Shown here: in pieces, positions 44,910 through 52,677 of the stretch
How the letters are laid out: each line of letters opens with the position of its first letter
Numbering within the stretch: the first letter of the stretch is position 1
Virus record (IMG/VR): IMGVR_UViG_3300036713_000342
Coordinates: 1 to 53,384 of that record
DNA length: 53,384 nucleotides
Source of the DNA: a virus
Lineage: Duplodnaviria > Caudoviricetes
Reading direction: 5' to 3' (one strand)
Program-made: the position numbers and the translations under genes
The notes under the pieces: generated by a model
Seen by the model: the letters and a program-made list of their open reading frames with translations, nothing else
Told to the model about the DNA's origin: nothing
The model's database searches: none

Positions 44910-45377
44910 TTGAAAATGAAGAAAGACATTCCATGTACGCTGTTCCCAATACCAGAATACGCCATTGTTCCATCGTACAACCAAGGTGAGCGTCGATACG
45001 GCAGATACCACGGTTCGGTATTCACCAAGAAGATTGCTCCTCGTGGACGGTGGGTTGCATATATCTATATTGATGTAGACTGGCGCAGGGTGTTGAGGGA
45101 AGAAGAAATAGGGGAAGACGAGATGGTGGAGAGGTGTATCGATTATCTGAACAAACCTCCGCCACGAAAGAAGTTTCAGAGAAAGCACAATAAGCCGCTG
45201 TATGGTAACTTGTCGGCACCAGTTGAGTACAAGTTGACCGAATACTCAGATCGACCGTGTATTCAAGTATTATTGACGACAGATGTGCGCAGGTGTCCGT
45301 ACTTTTGGGGCGAAGGGTTGTCTGAAGAATTGACTGGCATCCCGCCAACTACTCGAAAGCGCCGAAAAATAGCTTGA
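44910..45377 (+). CDS. Hypothetical basic protein
   Basis: 155-aa ORF in operon. Confidence 0.65.
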   Translation: MKMKKDIPCTLFPIPEYAIVPSYNQGERRYGRYHGSVFTKKIAPRGRWVAYIYIDVDWRRVLREEEIGEDEMVERCIDYLNKPPPRKKFQRKHNKPLYGNLSAPVEYKLTEYSDRPCIQVLLTTDVRRCPYFWGEGLSEELTGIPPTTRKRRKIA

Positions 45378-45401
45378 CGGTGCAAAAATCATGTTTAGAC
45401 T
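45374..45401 (+). promoter_or_regulatory. Sigma70-type promoter TTGACG-16-TAGACT
   Basis: Upstream of SD aggagg and the Hsp20 gene. Confidence 0.55.
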
Positions 45402-45432
45402 ATATAACGCATAAATTACGAGGAGGAACGAT

Positions 45433-45864
45433 ATGCGAATTTATCCAACTGGCAACTCTGATTGGTACGATTGGTTTAAGGAGAACCGAAAAGATATTCT
45501 CAAGGAATATGAAGATCTAATGATTAACCCGATTTATCATTGTAGTAACACTATACCAATTACTGAAACAATTACTGAAACAATTTATTGGGACACGCTT
45601 GAGGACGGGAAGCTGCGCGGCAACGTTGAAATACCTGGAGTAAATCGATCCGATATCAAGATGTATATTCGAGATGATACTCTATACATCGAGGCGCATC
45701 GCAAAGGTGGGGCGCTTGGCGACAGAACATTCTCCGCTACGTGTAATGTTGAGGCGTATGAACAGGAAGACATTGATGCCAGCTATCGCAACGGCATCCT
45801 AGGTTTCGTTCTGGTCCCATTGGCCGAAGAGGAAGAAGAAGATATTTATATCAACGTGAAGTAG
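45433..45864 (+). CDS. Small heat-shock protein (Hsp20/alpha-crystallin)
   Basis: VEIPGVNRSDIKM..RDDTLYIEA, DIDASYRNGIL, C-terminal INVK. Confidence 0.85.
   Translation: MRIYPTGNSDWYDWFKENRKDILKEYEDLMINPIYHCSNTIPITETITETIYWDTLEDGKLRGNVEIPGVNRSDIKMYIRDDTLYIEAHRKGGALGDRTFSATCNVEAYEQEDIDASYRNGILGFVLVPLAEEEEEDIYINVK
45557..45585 (+). repeat. 12-bp in-frame tandem repeat, about 2.4 copies
   Basis: caattactgaaa caattactgaaa caatt, encoding ITETITETI. Confidence 0.85.
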
Positions 45865-45895
45865 AAAAGGGTGAGAGATAGTTGTCGAACGGATT

Positions 45896-45918
45896 GGGGC
45901 ACTGATAGGTGTCCCTTT
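45896..45918 (+). terminator. Intrinsic terminator-like hairpin
   Basis: ggggcac-tgatag-gtgtccc followed by ttt. Confidence 0.55.
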
Positions 45919-45963
45919 CTATTTATACTCAACTAATTATCCTAGAGACTAGGACGAACACAC

Positions 45964-47391
45964 ATGCCTAACAACCCATGGTATTCCAGCAACAAGTGGG
46001 ATCAGTTTTCTGAGCCTGTTAACGAAGAGATGGCGACAGACAGATTTATGCCATATATTGACAAGATCCGACAGTGGGCGGGTATTGAGTCTACCAGGTT
46101 ACAGAAGCTAGGAGGCGGCTCACAGGGTGTGGCGTACCAGATAGGGGACAAGGTCGTTAAGATCACCGATGACAAGACAGAGGCCGTTGCAGCGGCTCAG
46201 ATTGCAGGGAAACAGCACCCGAACGTGTACGAGATATACAAGGTGGGTCGAATTGGTGATGACCTGTATATCATTGTGTATGGCTACGTGAATCCACCTA
46301 AAGACAAGATGGAACAGATCGCGAAGTATGGTAATGGTATTGTGCATGGTCTCGGACGGAAAAAGTTCTTGAACTTTATCTCCGACTGGACTGGACCGAG
46401 CAAGGTGATCAATCAGATGCGTAAGGCTGTTGATGGGTACCAAGGATATGAGGCATACATGGCACGCCTGTATTCATATTTTATTACTGGACAACAAGAT
46501 TACAAATTGGCTCTTGAGGCTACGAAGACGGCTAATTTCAAGTATTTTGTCGATATCATGGATGGATTAAAGTTCTTGTACGATAACGGCGTATGGTTCG
46601 TCGATGTTAGCAGCCACAATGTGATGGAGAGAAATGGCCGAGCGGTGTTGATTGACGTTGGATATTCCAACACCCCAGGTGCTTCAGCCGACAAGATCGA
46701 ACAGATCATGGAAACCAGTGAATTTCAGAAGAAGATGGCCAGCGGGCACGAGAGGATGAAGAAGAAGATAATTAGTACAGGCGGAAACAAGACAGAAGGT
46801 GGAGCATTTACGGAAGACCCACCGACGAAACGTAATAAGAGCGCACCACCGATAGGAGAGGCAAAGAATAGTATGAGAAATTATATGGATGCATGGGCAC
46901 AGTTCCTGAAAGAAGAGAAGGAGGGGGCCGAGCCTAACGCGATAGCAGATAATCTGTATCATGTTGGTAATTCTGCGGACCTTTCCAGTCTTATTGAGAA
47001 CGGGTTAACCGACTACCAGGATATGAACCGAGAGAAGGAAGGTGTGTCGTTTTTCACGGAATTTCGCAAGGCATATGGGTCTCAAGAAGAGAAGGGGGAT
47101 ATGATCGTTCACTTCGACGGTCAAGTTATCCAAGATTCTGGTGAATATGTATTTGAGAACGATGGTGAACAGGTGATTGTATCCATGCGCGATGAAGCAA
47201 GAATGTCGGGTGCTGGGATTGACCCAAAGGTCGACACCCTTGGCACGGTGATTCCGTTCCAGTTCGTTACCAACATCATCTTCTTAAAGCGTGTGACTCG
47301 TCGGTATCTCGACCAAATCAAAAAGCGATTCCCAGCCCTTACCATTTCTTATTACGACAAAGAGAAGAACAAAATCTCTGAACTGGTGTAG
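45964..47391 (+). CDS. Kinase-like plus ART-like fusion protein with an internal leader-like motif
   Basis: LGGGSQGVAY, VVKIT..KTE, HPNV, DVSSHNVM, LIDVG; then MRNYMDAWAQFLKEE; then LYHVG...LIENGL...GVSFFTE. Confidence 0.7.
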   Translation: MPNNPWYSSNKWDQFSEPVNEEMATDRFMPYIDKIRQWAGIESTRLQKLGGGSQGVAYQIGDKVVKITDDKTEAVAAAQIAGKQHPNVYEIYKVGRIGDDLYIIVYGYVNPPKDKMEQIAKYGNGIVHGLGRKKFLNFISDWTGPSKVINQMRKAVDGYQGYEAYMARLYSYFITGQQDYKLALEATKTANFKYFVDIMDGLKFLYDNGVWFVDVSSHNVMERNGRAVLIDVGYSNTPGASADKIEQIMETSEFQKKMASGHERMKKKIISTGGNKTEGGAFTEDPPTKRNKSAPPIGEAKNSMRNYMDAWAQFLKEEKEGAEPNAIADNLYHVGNSADLSSLIENGLTDYQDMNREKEGVSFFTEFRKAYGSQEEKGDMIVHFDGQVIQDSGEYVFENDGEQVIVSMRDEARMSGAGIDPKVDTLGTVIPFQFVTNIIFLKRVTRRYLDQIKKRFPALTISYYDKEKNKISELV

Positions 47392-47414
47392 TTAATCCGT
47401 AATGGAGGTTTACT

Positions 47415-47621
47415 ATGACTGGATCAGTGAAGCGTATTCTATCTAATCTTCGGGCTGGAGAGATCTGTCCCAAAGAAGCAAGGCGGTTGGTTGAGGAGAT
47501 TGATAACTTATCTGACGATCAATTGGAAGAGTATCAAGAAATCATAGAAGAGATCGAGATGGAACAGGAGGCCATGGAAGGTGTTTACTACTACCTTGAC
47601 GAGGTAAGTGAAGGAGAATAG
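47415..47621 (+). CDS. Small acidic hypothetical protein
   Basis: SD ggagg. Confidence 0.65.
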   Translation: MTGSVKRILSNLRAGEICPKEARRLVEEIDNLSDDQLEEYQEIIEEIEMEQEAMEGVYYYLDEVSEGE

Positions 47622-47622
47622 A

Positions 47623-48168
47623 ATGATTTTTAGTGAGACATGGATGGTATTTCTGTTGTCGATTGGTGTGGCGATGGGATTCTGGTTCGTGCAGAACGTA
47701 ATCCACGAACTATCGCATGCACTCGTAGCCCTTTCCCGTGGCTACAAGGTGATCGAGTTCAAGCCATATCTACATCGCGATAAAACGAGTGGAAAATGGA
47801 AGTTTGCTTCCGTACGGGTGCAGAGACCCATGGGAACTCCCCCGATGGAAAAACACCACAAATTCGCATGGTTTTCGATGCCTGTGTGGACAAACCTTGC
47901 ACTCATGATGATCCTTGTTCCGATCGGTATCGCAGGTGACGGTGTTGGCCGTGCCATTTGCGCTGGAATTGCTATGACGAACTTTTTTGACATGTTGAAC
48001 AACATGCGTATCATCTATGGTGTGTATGAAAAGGGACACACCAGTGATTTGTGGAAGGCCATCTATCTGGCCAGGACCCCACAGGCGGCTCACGGTAAAT
48101 GGTTAGTTGGCGGCACGTTTGCTCTGTTGACATTCGCGGTGCTGCTGTTTGGTCCGATTTTTCCTTGA
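47623..48168 (+). CDS. Membrane Zn-metalloprotease, M50-like
   Basis: VIHELSH (HExxH) next to a TM helix, further TM segments, late SD motif (HTSDL); start ATG 47623 with SD aaggag. Confidence 0.7.
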   Translation: MIFSETWMVFLLSIGVAMGFWFVQNVIHELSHALVALSRGYKVIEFKPYLHRDKTSGKWKFASVRVQRPMGTPPMEKHHKFAWFSMPVWTNLALMMILVPIGIAGDGVGRAICAGIAMTNFFDMLNNMRIIYGVYEKGHTSDLWKAIYLARTPQAAHGKWLVGGTFALLTFAVLLFGPIFP

Positions 48169-48193
48169 CCCGCCCACCCAACTATGATATGTT
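48165..48193 (+). promoter_or_regulatory. Sigma70-type promoter TTGACC-17-TATGTT, leaderless start
   Basis: TG-extended -10; ATG 48200 follows 6 nt after it; no SD. Confidence 0.7.
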
Positions 48194-48199
48194 GGGTTC

Positions 48200-48457
48200 A
48201 TGAATAGCGCAAAACTACTGAAGCCTGGTACTCTTTTGAAGGAGTGGTACGGCGATGCCGATGCCGAGGGCGATCTTGGATTCTGCATGGTCTTGAACGT
48301 AGCGTCAGAAGAATGCGACCAGAAACCTGTGAGTGTGCTGAGGGCATGCCATTCTTGTTCTGGTGTGTATGGAGACATTATCGTTCAAGACGGAGAAGTC
48401 ATTAACAACATGTGCATCGGATGTTCTATCGAATTCGAGGTGATCGATGAAACTTGA
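48200..48457 (+). CDS. SH3/KOW-like array member, Cys-rich subtype
   Basis: LKPGTLL...CMVLNV...C..CHSC...CIGC. Confidence 0.7.
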   Translation: MNSAKLLKPGTLLKEWYGDADAEGDLGFCMVLNVASEECDQKPVSVLRACHSCSGVYGDIIVQDGEVINNMCIGCSIEFEVIDET

Positions 48458-48734
48458 ACCAGGAGATGTAGTCCGTACTGTCGGAAAGTTTGATCGCTTC
48501 TATGCAGTGGTGTTAAGGGTGGTGCGTGACAGGCAATGTAAGTGGTACAGTCTCGATGAGTGTAAAGATTTTGATAGGTGCGATAAAACCTTGGCAGAGT
48601 TGTTTTGGGTGGCTGCTAATCGTGGTGAATTCGGTGAGCCAGAGTGCAGTTTCGTACCAAACTGTTTCGTCGTCGAGGGATCTGTTCTCTCGTACTGCGT
48701 CGGGTGTCAAAACGAGTTCCGTAAGGTAACGTAA
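48447..48734 (+). CDS. SH3/KOW-like array member, Cys-rich subtype
   Basis: LEPGDVV...YAVVLRV...CVGC..FRKV. Confidence 0.75.
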   Translation: MKLEPGDVVRTVGKFDRFYAVVLRVVRDRQCKWYSLDECKDFDRCDKTLAELFWVAANRGEFGEPECSFVPNCFVVEGSVLSYCVGCQNEFRKVT

Positions 48735-48735
48735 C

Positions 48736-48987
48736 ATGACAAAAGAAATCAAGGGAAACAATGTCGAAATCGGCCAAGTTTATCAATGTGGCATTGGGTA
48801 CCTAATGGTACTACAGGTGACAAGGTGTCACCAAATGAGCGACTATTGCGAAAAACAGGGAATATTTCGCCACTGTTCGCAGTACAGGGCGACAGTGTAT
48901 GCGATTAAACCTGGGATTCTTAAATACGATATGTGCATTGGACTTCTGCCGATGAAGTACGATGGCGGTTTTAGATTCATCTGTTAG
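48736..48987 (+). CDS. SH3/KOW-like array member, Cys-rich subtype
   Basis: VEIGQVY...LMVLQV..C....C...C...CIG. Confidence 0.7.
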   Translation: MTKEIKGNNVEIGQVYQCGIGYLMVLQVTRCHQMSDYCEKQGIFRHCSQYRATVYAIKPGILKYDMCIGLLPMKYDGGFRFIC

Positions 48988-49145
48988 TTCAGAATTCCAT
49001 ACTCGTGCAGCAGCCGAATGGTCAGCAAGATCCAATAGGTGATCGGCGGTCCACAAGTGGCGAGAACAAGAAAAATAAACGCTGGTATCGCAAGCCATCC
49101 CATCACGATTCGTATGAAGAAGTAGATATCTCGCAAGGTTTCCAT
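48984..49145 (-). CDS. Small membrane protein, 53 aa (not in ORF track)
   Basis: METLRDIYFFIRIVMGWLAIPAFIFLVLATCGPPITYWILLTIRLLHEYGILN; exactly fills the gap in the array. Confidence 0.55.
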   Translation of the reverse strand: METLRDIYFFIRIVMGWLAIPAFIFLVLATCGPPITYWILLTIRLLHEYGILN

Positions 49146-49165
49146 CTATAGTAAATGGTTTTAGC

Positions 49166-49195
49166 TTGACAAAAGCTCCAGAGTTATGATATCCT
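49166..49195 (+). promoter_or_regulatory. Sigma70-type promoter TTGACA-18-TATCCT, leaderless start
   Basis: TG-extended -10; ATG 49202 follows 6 nt after it; no SD. Confidence 0.7.
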
Positions 49196-49201
49196 CACAT
49201 C

Positions 49202-49432
49202 ATGTCAAAGGAAACGATCAGTCGTGGTGACGTTCTCGCATACCATTATGGAGATGGGTGTGTGGAATATGCCACGGTTTTGAGGGTCCGACCGTGTTAC
49301 CGTACCCCAGGCGACTGCGACGAAGTTGACTGTTGCGCTCAATGTGGAGATGTGCTGTGGAAGGTCGACAACGGAAAGAGTAAGTGTGTCGGCAGTAAAC
49401 TCTTCAGGAAGGTCGCATCAAATGATGGGTAA
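49202..49432 (+). CDS. SH3/KOW-like array member, Cys-rich subtype
   Basis: ISRGDVL...YATVLRV..C...C...CCAQC...CVG..FRKV. Confidence 0.7.
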   Translation: MSKETISRGDVLAYHYGDGCVEYATVLRVRPCYRTPGDCDEVDCCAQCGDVLWKVDNGKSKCVGSKLFRKVASNDG

Positions 49433-49658
49433 TCACGGACTCAAAGGTGGAATGCTCATCAGGTATGTCAGGACTGGTAGACTCCATATGATCATCCATA
49501 TTTCTGATCGATATTGTGATCAACATTTGGGCGGAGTAGGCTTGGAAGAGTGCCAGTCTGAATGTAGTGGTGTTTCAGCTATGGTGATGTTTGAAGACGG
49601 AATAATCAAAACAGGAGAGTGCGTCGGGTGTACAAGGGACTATAGCACAGATGTCTAA
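49422..49658 (+). CDS. SH3/KOW-like array member, Cys-rich subtype
   Basis: LKGGMLI...MIIHI...C...CQSECSG...CVGC. Confidence 0.7.
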   Translation: MMGNHGLKGGMLIRYVRTGRLHMIIHISDRYCDQHLGGVGLEECQSECSGVSAMVMFEDGIIKTGECVGCTRDYSTDV

Positions 49659-49893
49659 CCAACTCCCAGAATGGGTACATGTCGGGACTATTCTTGACAA
49701 TTGGGATAAGCCAACCCGCTCCCGTCATATAGCATGGTCGAGCGCAGTGGTGTTGAAGATTTCCCATCAACGTACCAGGGCATTGGTTCTTTTCATCTAC
49801 AATCCACGGTATTGCGCTCTGACAAATAAAGTTGTTCCGACAAGTGTATACGAACATGGTTTGTTTTGGGCAAAGGTGAAGGAATTATGTTGA
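49651..49893 (+). CDS. SH3/KOW-like array member (divergent)
   Basis: VHVGTIL...AVVLKI...AKV. Confidence 0.6.
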   Translation: MSNQLPEWVHVGTILDNWDKPTRSRHIAWSSAVVLKISHQRTRALVLFIYNPRYCALTNKVVPTSVYEHGLFWAKVKELC

Positions 49894-50102
49894 ATGATTC
49901 TAAAATCTTCGCCGTTAACGGATTCTTTTGCATTGGTGACATCGTAGAAGTTTCTGGACGAGGAGCATATGGAATTGTTGTTGGCTGCGGGGTATCATCT
50001 ACGGTCGTTGAGGTATATGGATACCGTAGAAGCGATTACAGCCCGGGTAACTGTTGGGATACGTGGCTTGTACACTATTCGAATCTGAGGGTTGTGAGAT
50101 GA
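49887..50102 (+). CDS. SH3/KOW-like array member
   Basis: FCIGDIV...YGIVV...VYGY...LRVV. Confidence 0.75.
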   Translation: MLNDSKIFAVNGFFCIGDIVEVSGRGAYGIVVGCGVSSTVVEVYGYRRSDYSPGNCWDTWLVHYSNLRVVR

Positions 50103-50284
50103 CAATTGAGATTGGCGATATTGTCGGCGTGTTTGGCGGAAATTGGGGATATGGGGTTGTTACCTGTGGTCAAACCACTGGAGCATACCTCGAATACTGT
50201 GTGCTTGTTCAGTATTGGAATAGGCATGACAAGAAGTGGACTGAATCGTATGTTCATATAAACAACCTGAAGGTGGTGTGTTGA
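50099..50284 (+). CDS. SH3/KOW-like array member
   Basis: IEIGDIV...YGVV...LKVV. Confidence 0.75.
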   Translation: MTIEIGDIVGVFGGNWGYGVVTCGQTTGAYLEYCVLVQYWNRHDKKWTESYVHINNLKVVC

Positions 50285-50285
50285 G

Positions 50286-50489
50286 ATGTCCGAGACCACA
50301 AAAATAAAAGTCGGTTCGGTTGTAAGAGCACGTATCCGTGGTGGTCAATATTGTTGGTATGGTGTGGTGATCGAAGACTTCAGGAGACACTCTAAAGACC
50401 TTTGGCATATATATGGATATCATATGGGTCGCCGTGAAGAGTGGCGCACCGCGGCGTTTTTGAAGAGGGAAATTGAGGTATTGGTGTAA
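50286..50489 (+). CDS. SH3/KOW-like array member
   Basis: IKVGSVV...YGVVIED...IYGY...IEVL. Confidence 0.75.
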   Translation: MSETTKIKVGSVVRARIRGGQYCWYGVVIEDFRRHSKDLWHIYGYHMGRREEWRTAAFLKREIEVLV

Positions 50490-50680
50490 TGATTGAGATA
50501 GGCGATATTGTGTGGGCTTTCGATAGAGAGGTTATCGGTATTGTTTTTTGTGTGTTCACGACAAAGGAGGACGGCTGGTCGGTGGAACATTATGGCGTGT
50601 ATGGGTTTGATGGTTTCTGGGAAGAAGGATCGTGGAGTAACTACACGCTTCCCTCGCCTGTGCTAGAGGAGATATGCTGA
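50489..50680 (+). CDS. SH3/KOW-like array member
   Basis: IEIGDIV...IGIV...VYGF...LEEI. Confidence 0.75.
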   Translation: MIEIGDIVWAFDREVIGIVFCVFTTKEDGWSVEHYGVYGFDGFWEEGSWSNYTLPSPVLEEIC

Positions 50681-50681
50681 G

Positions 50682-50927
50682 ATGCCCGAGACCACAAAAA
50701 AGAAAAGCACGCTGACCGTTGGAGACCTGGTACACGTGCCAATGTATAGTATCTCGCACGGATGTACAAGATGGGATATTGGTGTGGTAGTAGATGAAGA
50801 AAGTTACTTCTTGACTGAGACGTGGTCGGATCATACGGTAGAAGCGATTAGGCTGTACTACTATGATTCAGAGGATGATCGGTTTGTTCTCGGGACACGC
50901 TATGTTCGTGTGTTGAGGAAGCTGTGA
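50682..50927 (+). CDS. SH3/KOW-like array member
   Basis: LTVGDLV...IGVVVD...LYYY...LRKL. Confidence 0.75.
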   Translation: MPETTKKKSTLTVGDLVHVPMYSISHGCTRWDIGVVVDEESYFLTETWSDHTVEAIRLYYYDSEDDRFVLGTRYVRVLRKL

Positions 50928-51118
50928 TGTTCGAACCAGGAGATTTAGTCGAGGTGTTTGGCGTGCGTGGATGGAAATATGCAATGGTTATCAGCGCCCA
51001 TAGCCGTTTCGAGTCTTGGCGTATCGTTTGTGGATATAGCACGTGGACAGGTCGTCCGAGGTGGATCGCGAGACAGCCATTCCCAATTTCAAACTTGAAG
51101 AATGTGAAGGTGGTCTAA
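50924..51118 (+). CDS. SH3/KOW-like array member
   Basis: FEPGDLV...YAMVIS...VKVV. Confidence 0.75.
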   Translation: MMFEPGDLVEVFGVRGWKYAMVISAHSRFESWRIVCGYSTWTGRPRWIARQPFPISNLKNVKVV

Positions 51119-51119
51119 G

Positions 51120-51332
51120 ATGTATACAGCGAAGGTCGGAGATATTATCAAGCAGGTGGGTGGATCGCACTGTATTATGCTGGTCATATGTACCGACAAC
51201 AAGAAAGACATTAGGCTATATTTCTATAGCGATGACGGCAGGTGGGAACACGCTGGTTATTGGACAAATGAAGAGATGGACTGTAACCTCAATCGTGGGG
51301 GATGGAGACTGGTGGCGAGCAATGGCACTTGA
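51120..51332 (+). CDS. SH3/KOW-like array member
   Basis: AKVGDII...MLVI...LYFY...WRLV. Confidence 0.7.
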   Translation: MYTAKVGDIIKQVGGSHCIMLVICTDNKKDIRLYFYSDDGRWEHAGYWTNEEMDCNLNRGGWRLVASNGT

Positions 51333-51519
51333 AGTAGGCGATATTGTGAGGATTGGTAGCGTCTGTGAATTGGGTATGATTATTGAAATCATCCCAACTG
51401 GAAGATTCACAAGCTCATATTTGGTTTATGGATATATGCGCGGACCTCGATGGGGTCCTGGGACGAAGTCTTATATAACCCGAACGTTTCCGCGTTCATG
51501 GATGACGAAGGTGGCATAA
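51322..51519 (+). CDS. SH3/KOW-like array member
   Basis: LEVGDIV...LGMIIE...VYGY...MTKV; start ATG 51322. Confidence 0.75.
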   Translation: MALEVGDIVRIGSVCELGMIIEIIPTGRFTSSYLVYGYMRGPRWGPGTKSYITRTFPRSWMTKVA

Positions 51520-51520
51520 T

Positions 51521-51754
51521 ATGATGAGACAAACATTCGAAGTAGGAGAAGGAGACATCGTAGAGGTGCATACATATATCTTCACACCAGACGATGTGAC
51601 TGTGCGGATTGCTGGTTTCGGAATCGTGGTCAATTCCCTGCCAATGCTTGAGTGGTTATCCAGTCCCACATATAAGATCTATTATTATAGCCTTGAACGA
51701 GAGCATTGGAGTAGATCAGATTACCCAGAGCACCAGCTGCGAAAGGTGACATGA
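51521..51754 (+). CDS. SH3/KOW-like array member
   Basis: FEVGEGDIV...FGIVV...IYYY...LRKV. Confidence 0.75.
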   Translation: MMRQTFEVGEGDIVEVHTYIFTPDDVTVRIAGFGIVVNSLPMLEWLSSPTYKIYYYSLEREHWSRSDYPEHQLRKVT

Positions 51755-51960
51755 TGAGACTTGAAGTAGGTGATATCGTAAAAACGTATACCGTAGGGAG
51801 GGAACTTCCACACTACGGCATTGTGTTGTCCGAAGAGAGAGAAGATATACTCGGAGTTGACGTTTGTCTTGTTCGTTTCGAAGATCCGCCGCCGTGGTTC
51901 GGGCTAAAGATTAGGGTCAGGGAGTATGGCATCCATCATCTAGAGAAAGTGAGCGAGTAA
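51751..51960 (+). CDS. SH3/KOW-like array member
   Basis: LEVGDIV...YGIVL...LEKV. Confidence 0.75.
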   Translation: MMRLEVGDIVKTYTVGRELPHYGIVLSEEREDILGVDVCLVRFEDPPPWFGLKIRVREYGIHHLEKVSE

Positions 51961-52193
51961 TGGCCAAGACAAAAGAAAAAAGAACAAGCTATGAGGCAGG
52001 CGACATTGTTTGGATAGATCGCAATGTATACGGAATCGTCCTCGAAGGCTGGCAATGCCCTGGTGACTATGATGCACATGCTATGGAGCAGAGTGGGTGC
52101 CTGTTACGCATTTATTCATATGTACCATGGGAACGGGCGTGCAGGACATTACCGTGGCACTATACAAGAATCACGAAGAGGGTGGTGTGTTGA
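51960..52193 (+). CDS. SH3/KOW-like array member
   Basis: YEAGDIV...YGIVLEGW...WHYTRI. Confidence 0.75.
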   Translation: MAKTKEKRTSYEAGDIVWIDRNVYGIVLEGWQCPGDYDAHAMEQSGCLLRIYSYVPWERACRTLPWHYTRITKRVVC

Positions 52194-52412
52194 ATGGTGA
52201 ATTGGAAAGAAGAGTCTTTCGAAGCAGGAGACATCGTTTTGTGTGATGAAAGACTATATGCGGTCGTCCTTGAAGACTGGAGATTCCCCGAGGAGATACC
52301 GTTTTCTGAGCGAACATCGGCGGACGAGACAGTGTTGGTCTGCGGGTGCCGAGATTTCGGATACGGGCACATTGCGAGATGGCACAATACCAGAATCGAG
52401 AAGGTGTGCTAG
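52194..52412 (+). CDS. SH3/KOW-like array member
   Basis: FEAGDIV...YAVVLEDW...WHNTRIEKV; close paralog of the preceding gene. Confidence 0.75.
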   Translation: MVNWKEESFEAGDIVLCDERLYAVVLEDWRFPEEIPFSERTSADETVLVCGCRDFGYGHIARWHNTRIEKVC

Positions 52413-52413
52413 G

Positions 52414-52626
52414 ATGGCGACACAACCGTTCCAGGCAGGAGACATCGTCAGTGCCTATGGGATGTATGGTATTGTGATCTCCGTGCCATCATCGACGATG
52501 CAGTTGGTCAGGGTATATCGTTATAGCACCACACACGGATGGATTCAGATGGAGTGGCGGCTCACGCGGATCGTACGTTTGGTATCCCCAGCCAGCGCAA
52601 ACCCCCGAGAGAGACACAAGAATTAA
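52414..52626 (+). CDS. SH3/KOW-like array member
   Basis: FQAGDIVSAYGMYGIVI...VYRY; start ATG 52414. Confidence 0.75.
   Translation: MATQPFQAGDIVSAYGMYGIVISVPSSTMQLVRVYRYSTTHGWIQMEWRLTRIVRLVSPASANPRERHKN
52437..52478 (+). repeat. 42-nt dispersed repeat (second copy 52943-52984)
   Basis: aggagacatcgtcagtgcctatggga(t/g)gtatggtattgtgat, 41/42 identical. Confidence 0.9.
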
Positions 52627-52632
52627 AAGACA

Positions 52633-52661
52633 TAGACAAGAGAGCAGAGATGTGATAGGGT
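52633..52661 (+). promoter_or_regulatory. Sigma70-like promoter TAGACA-17-TAGGGT
   Basis: TG-extended -10 in a 51-nt intergenic gap; SD aggag downstream. Confidence 0.5.
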
Positions 52662-52677
52662 AGGTATAGGAGTTGAA

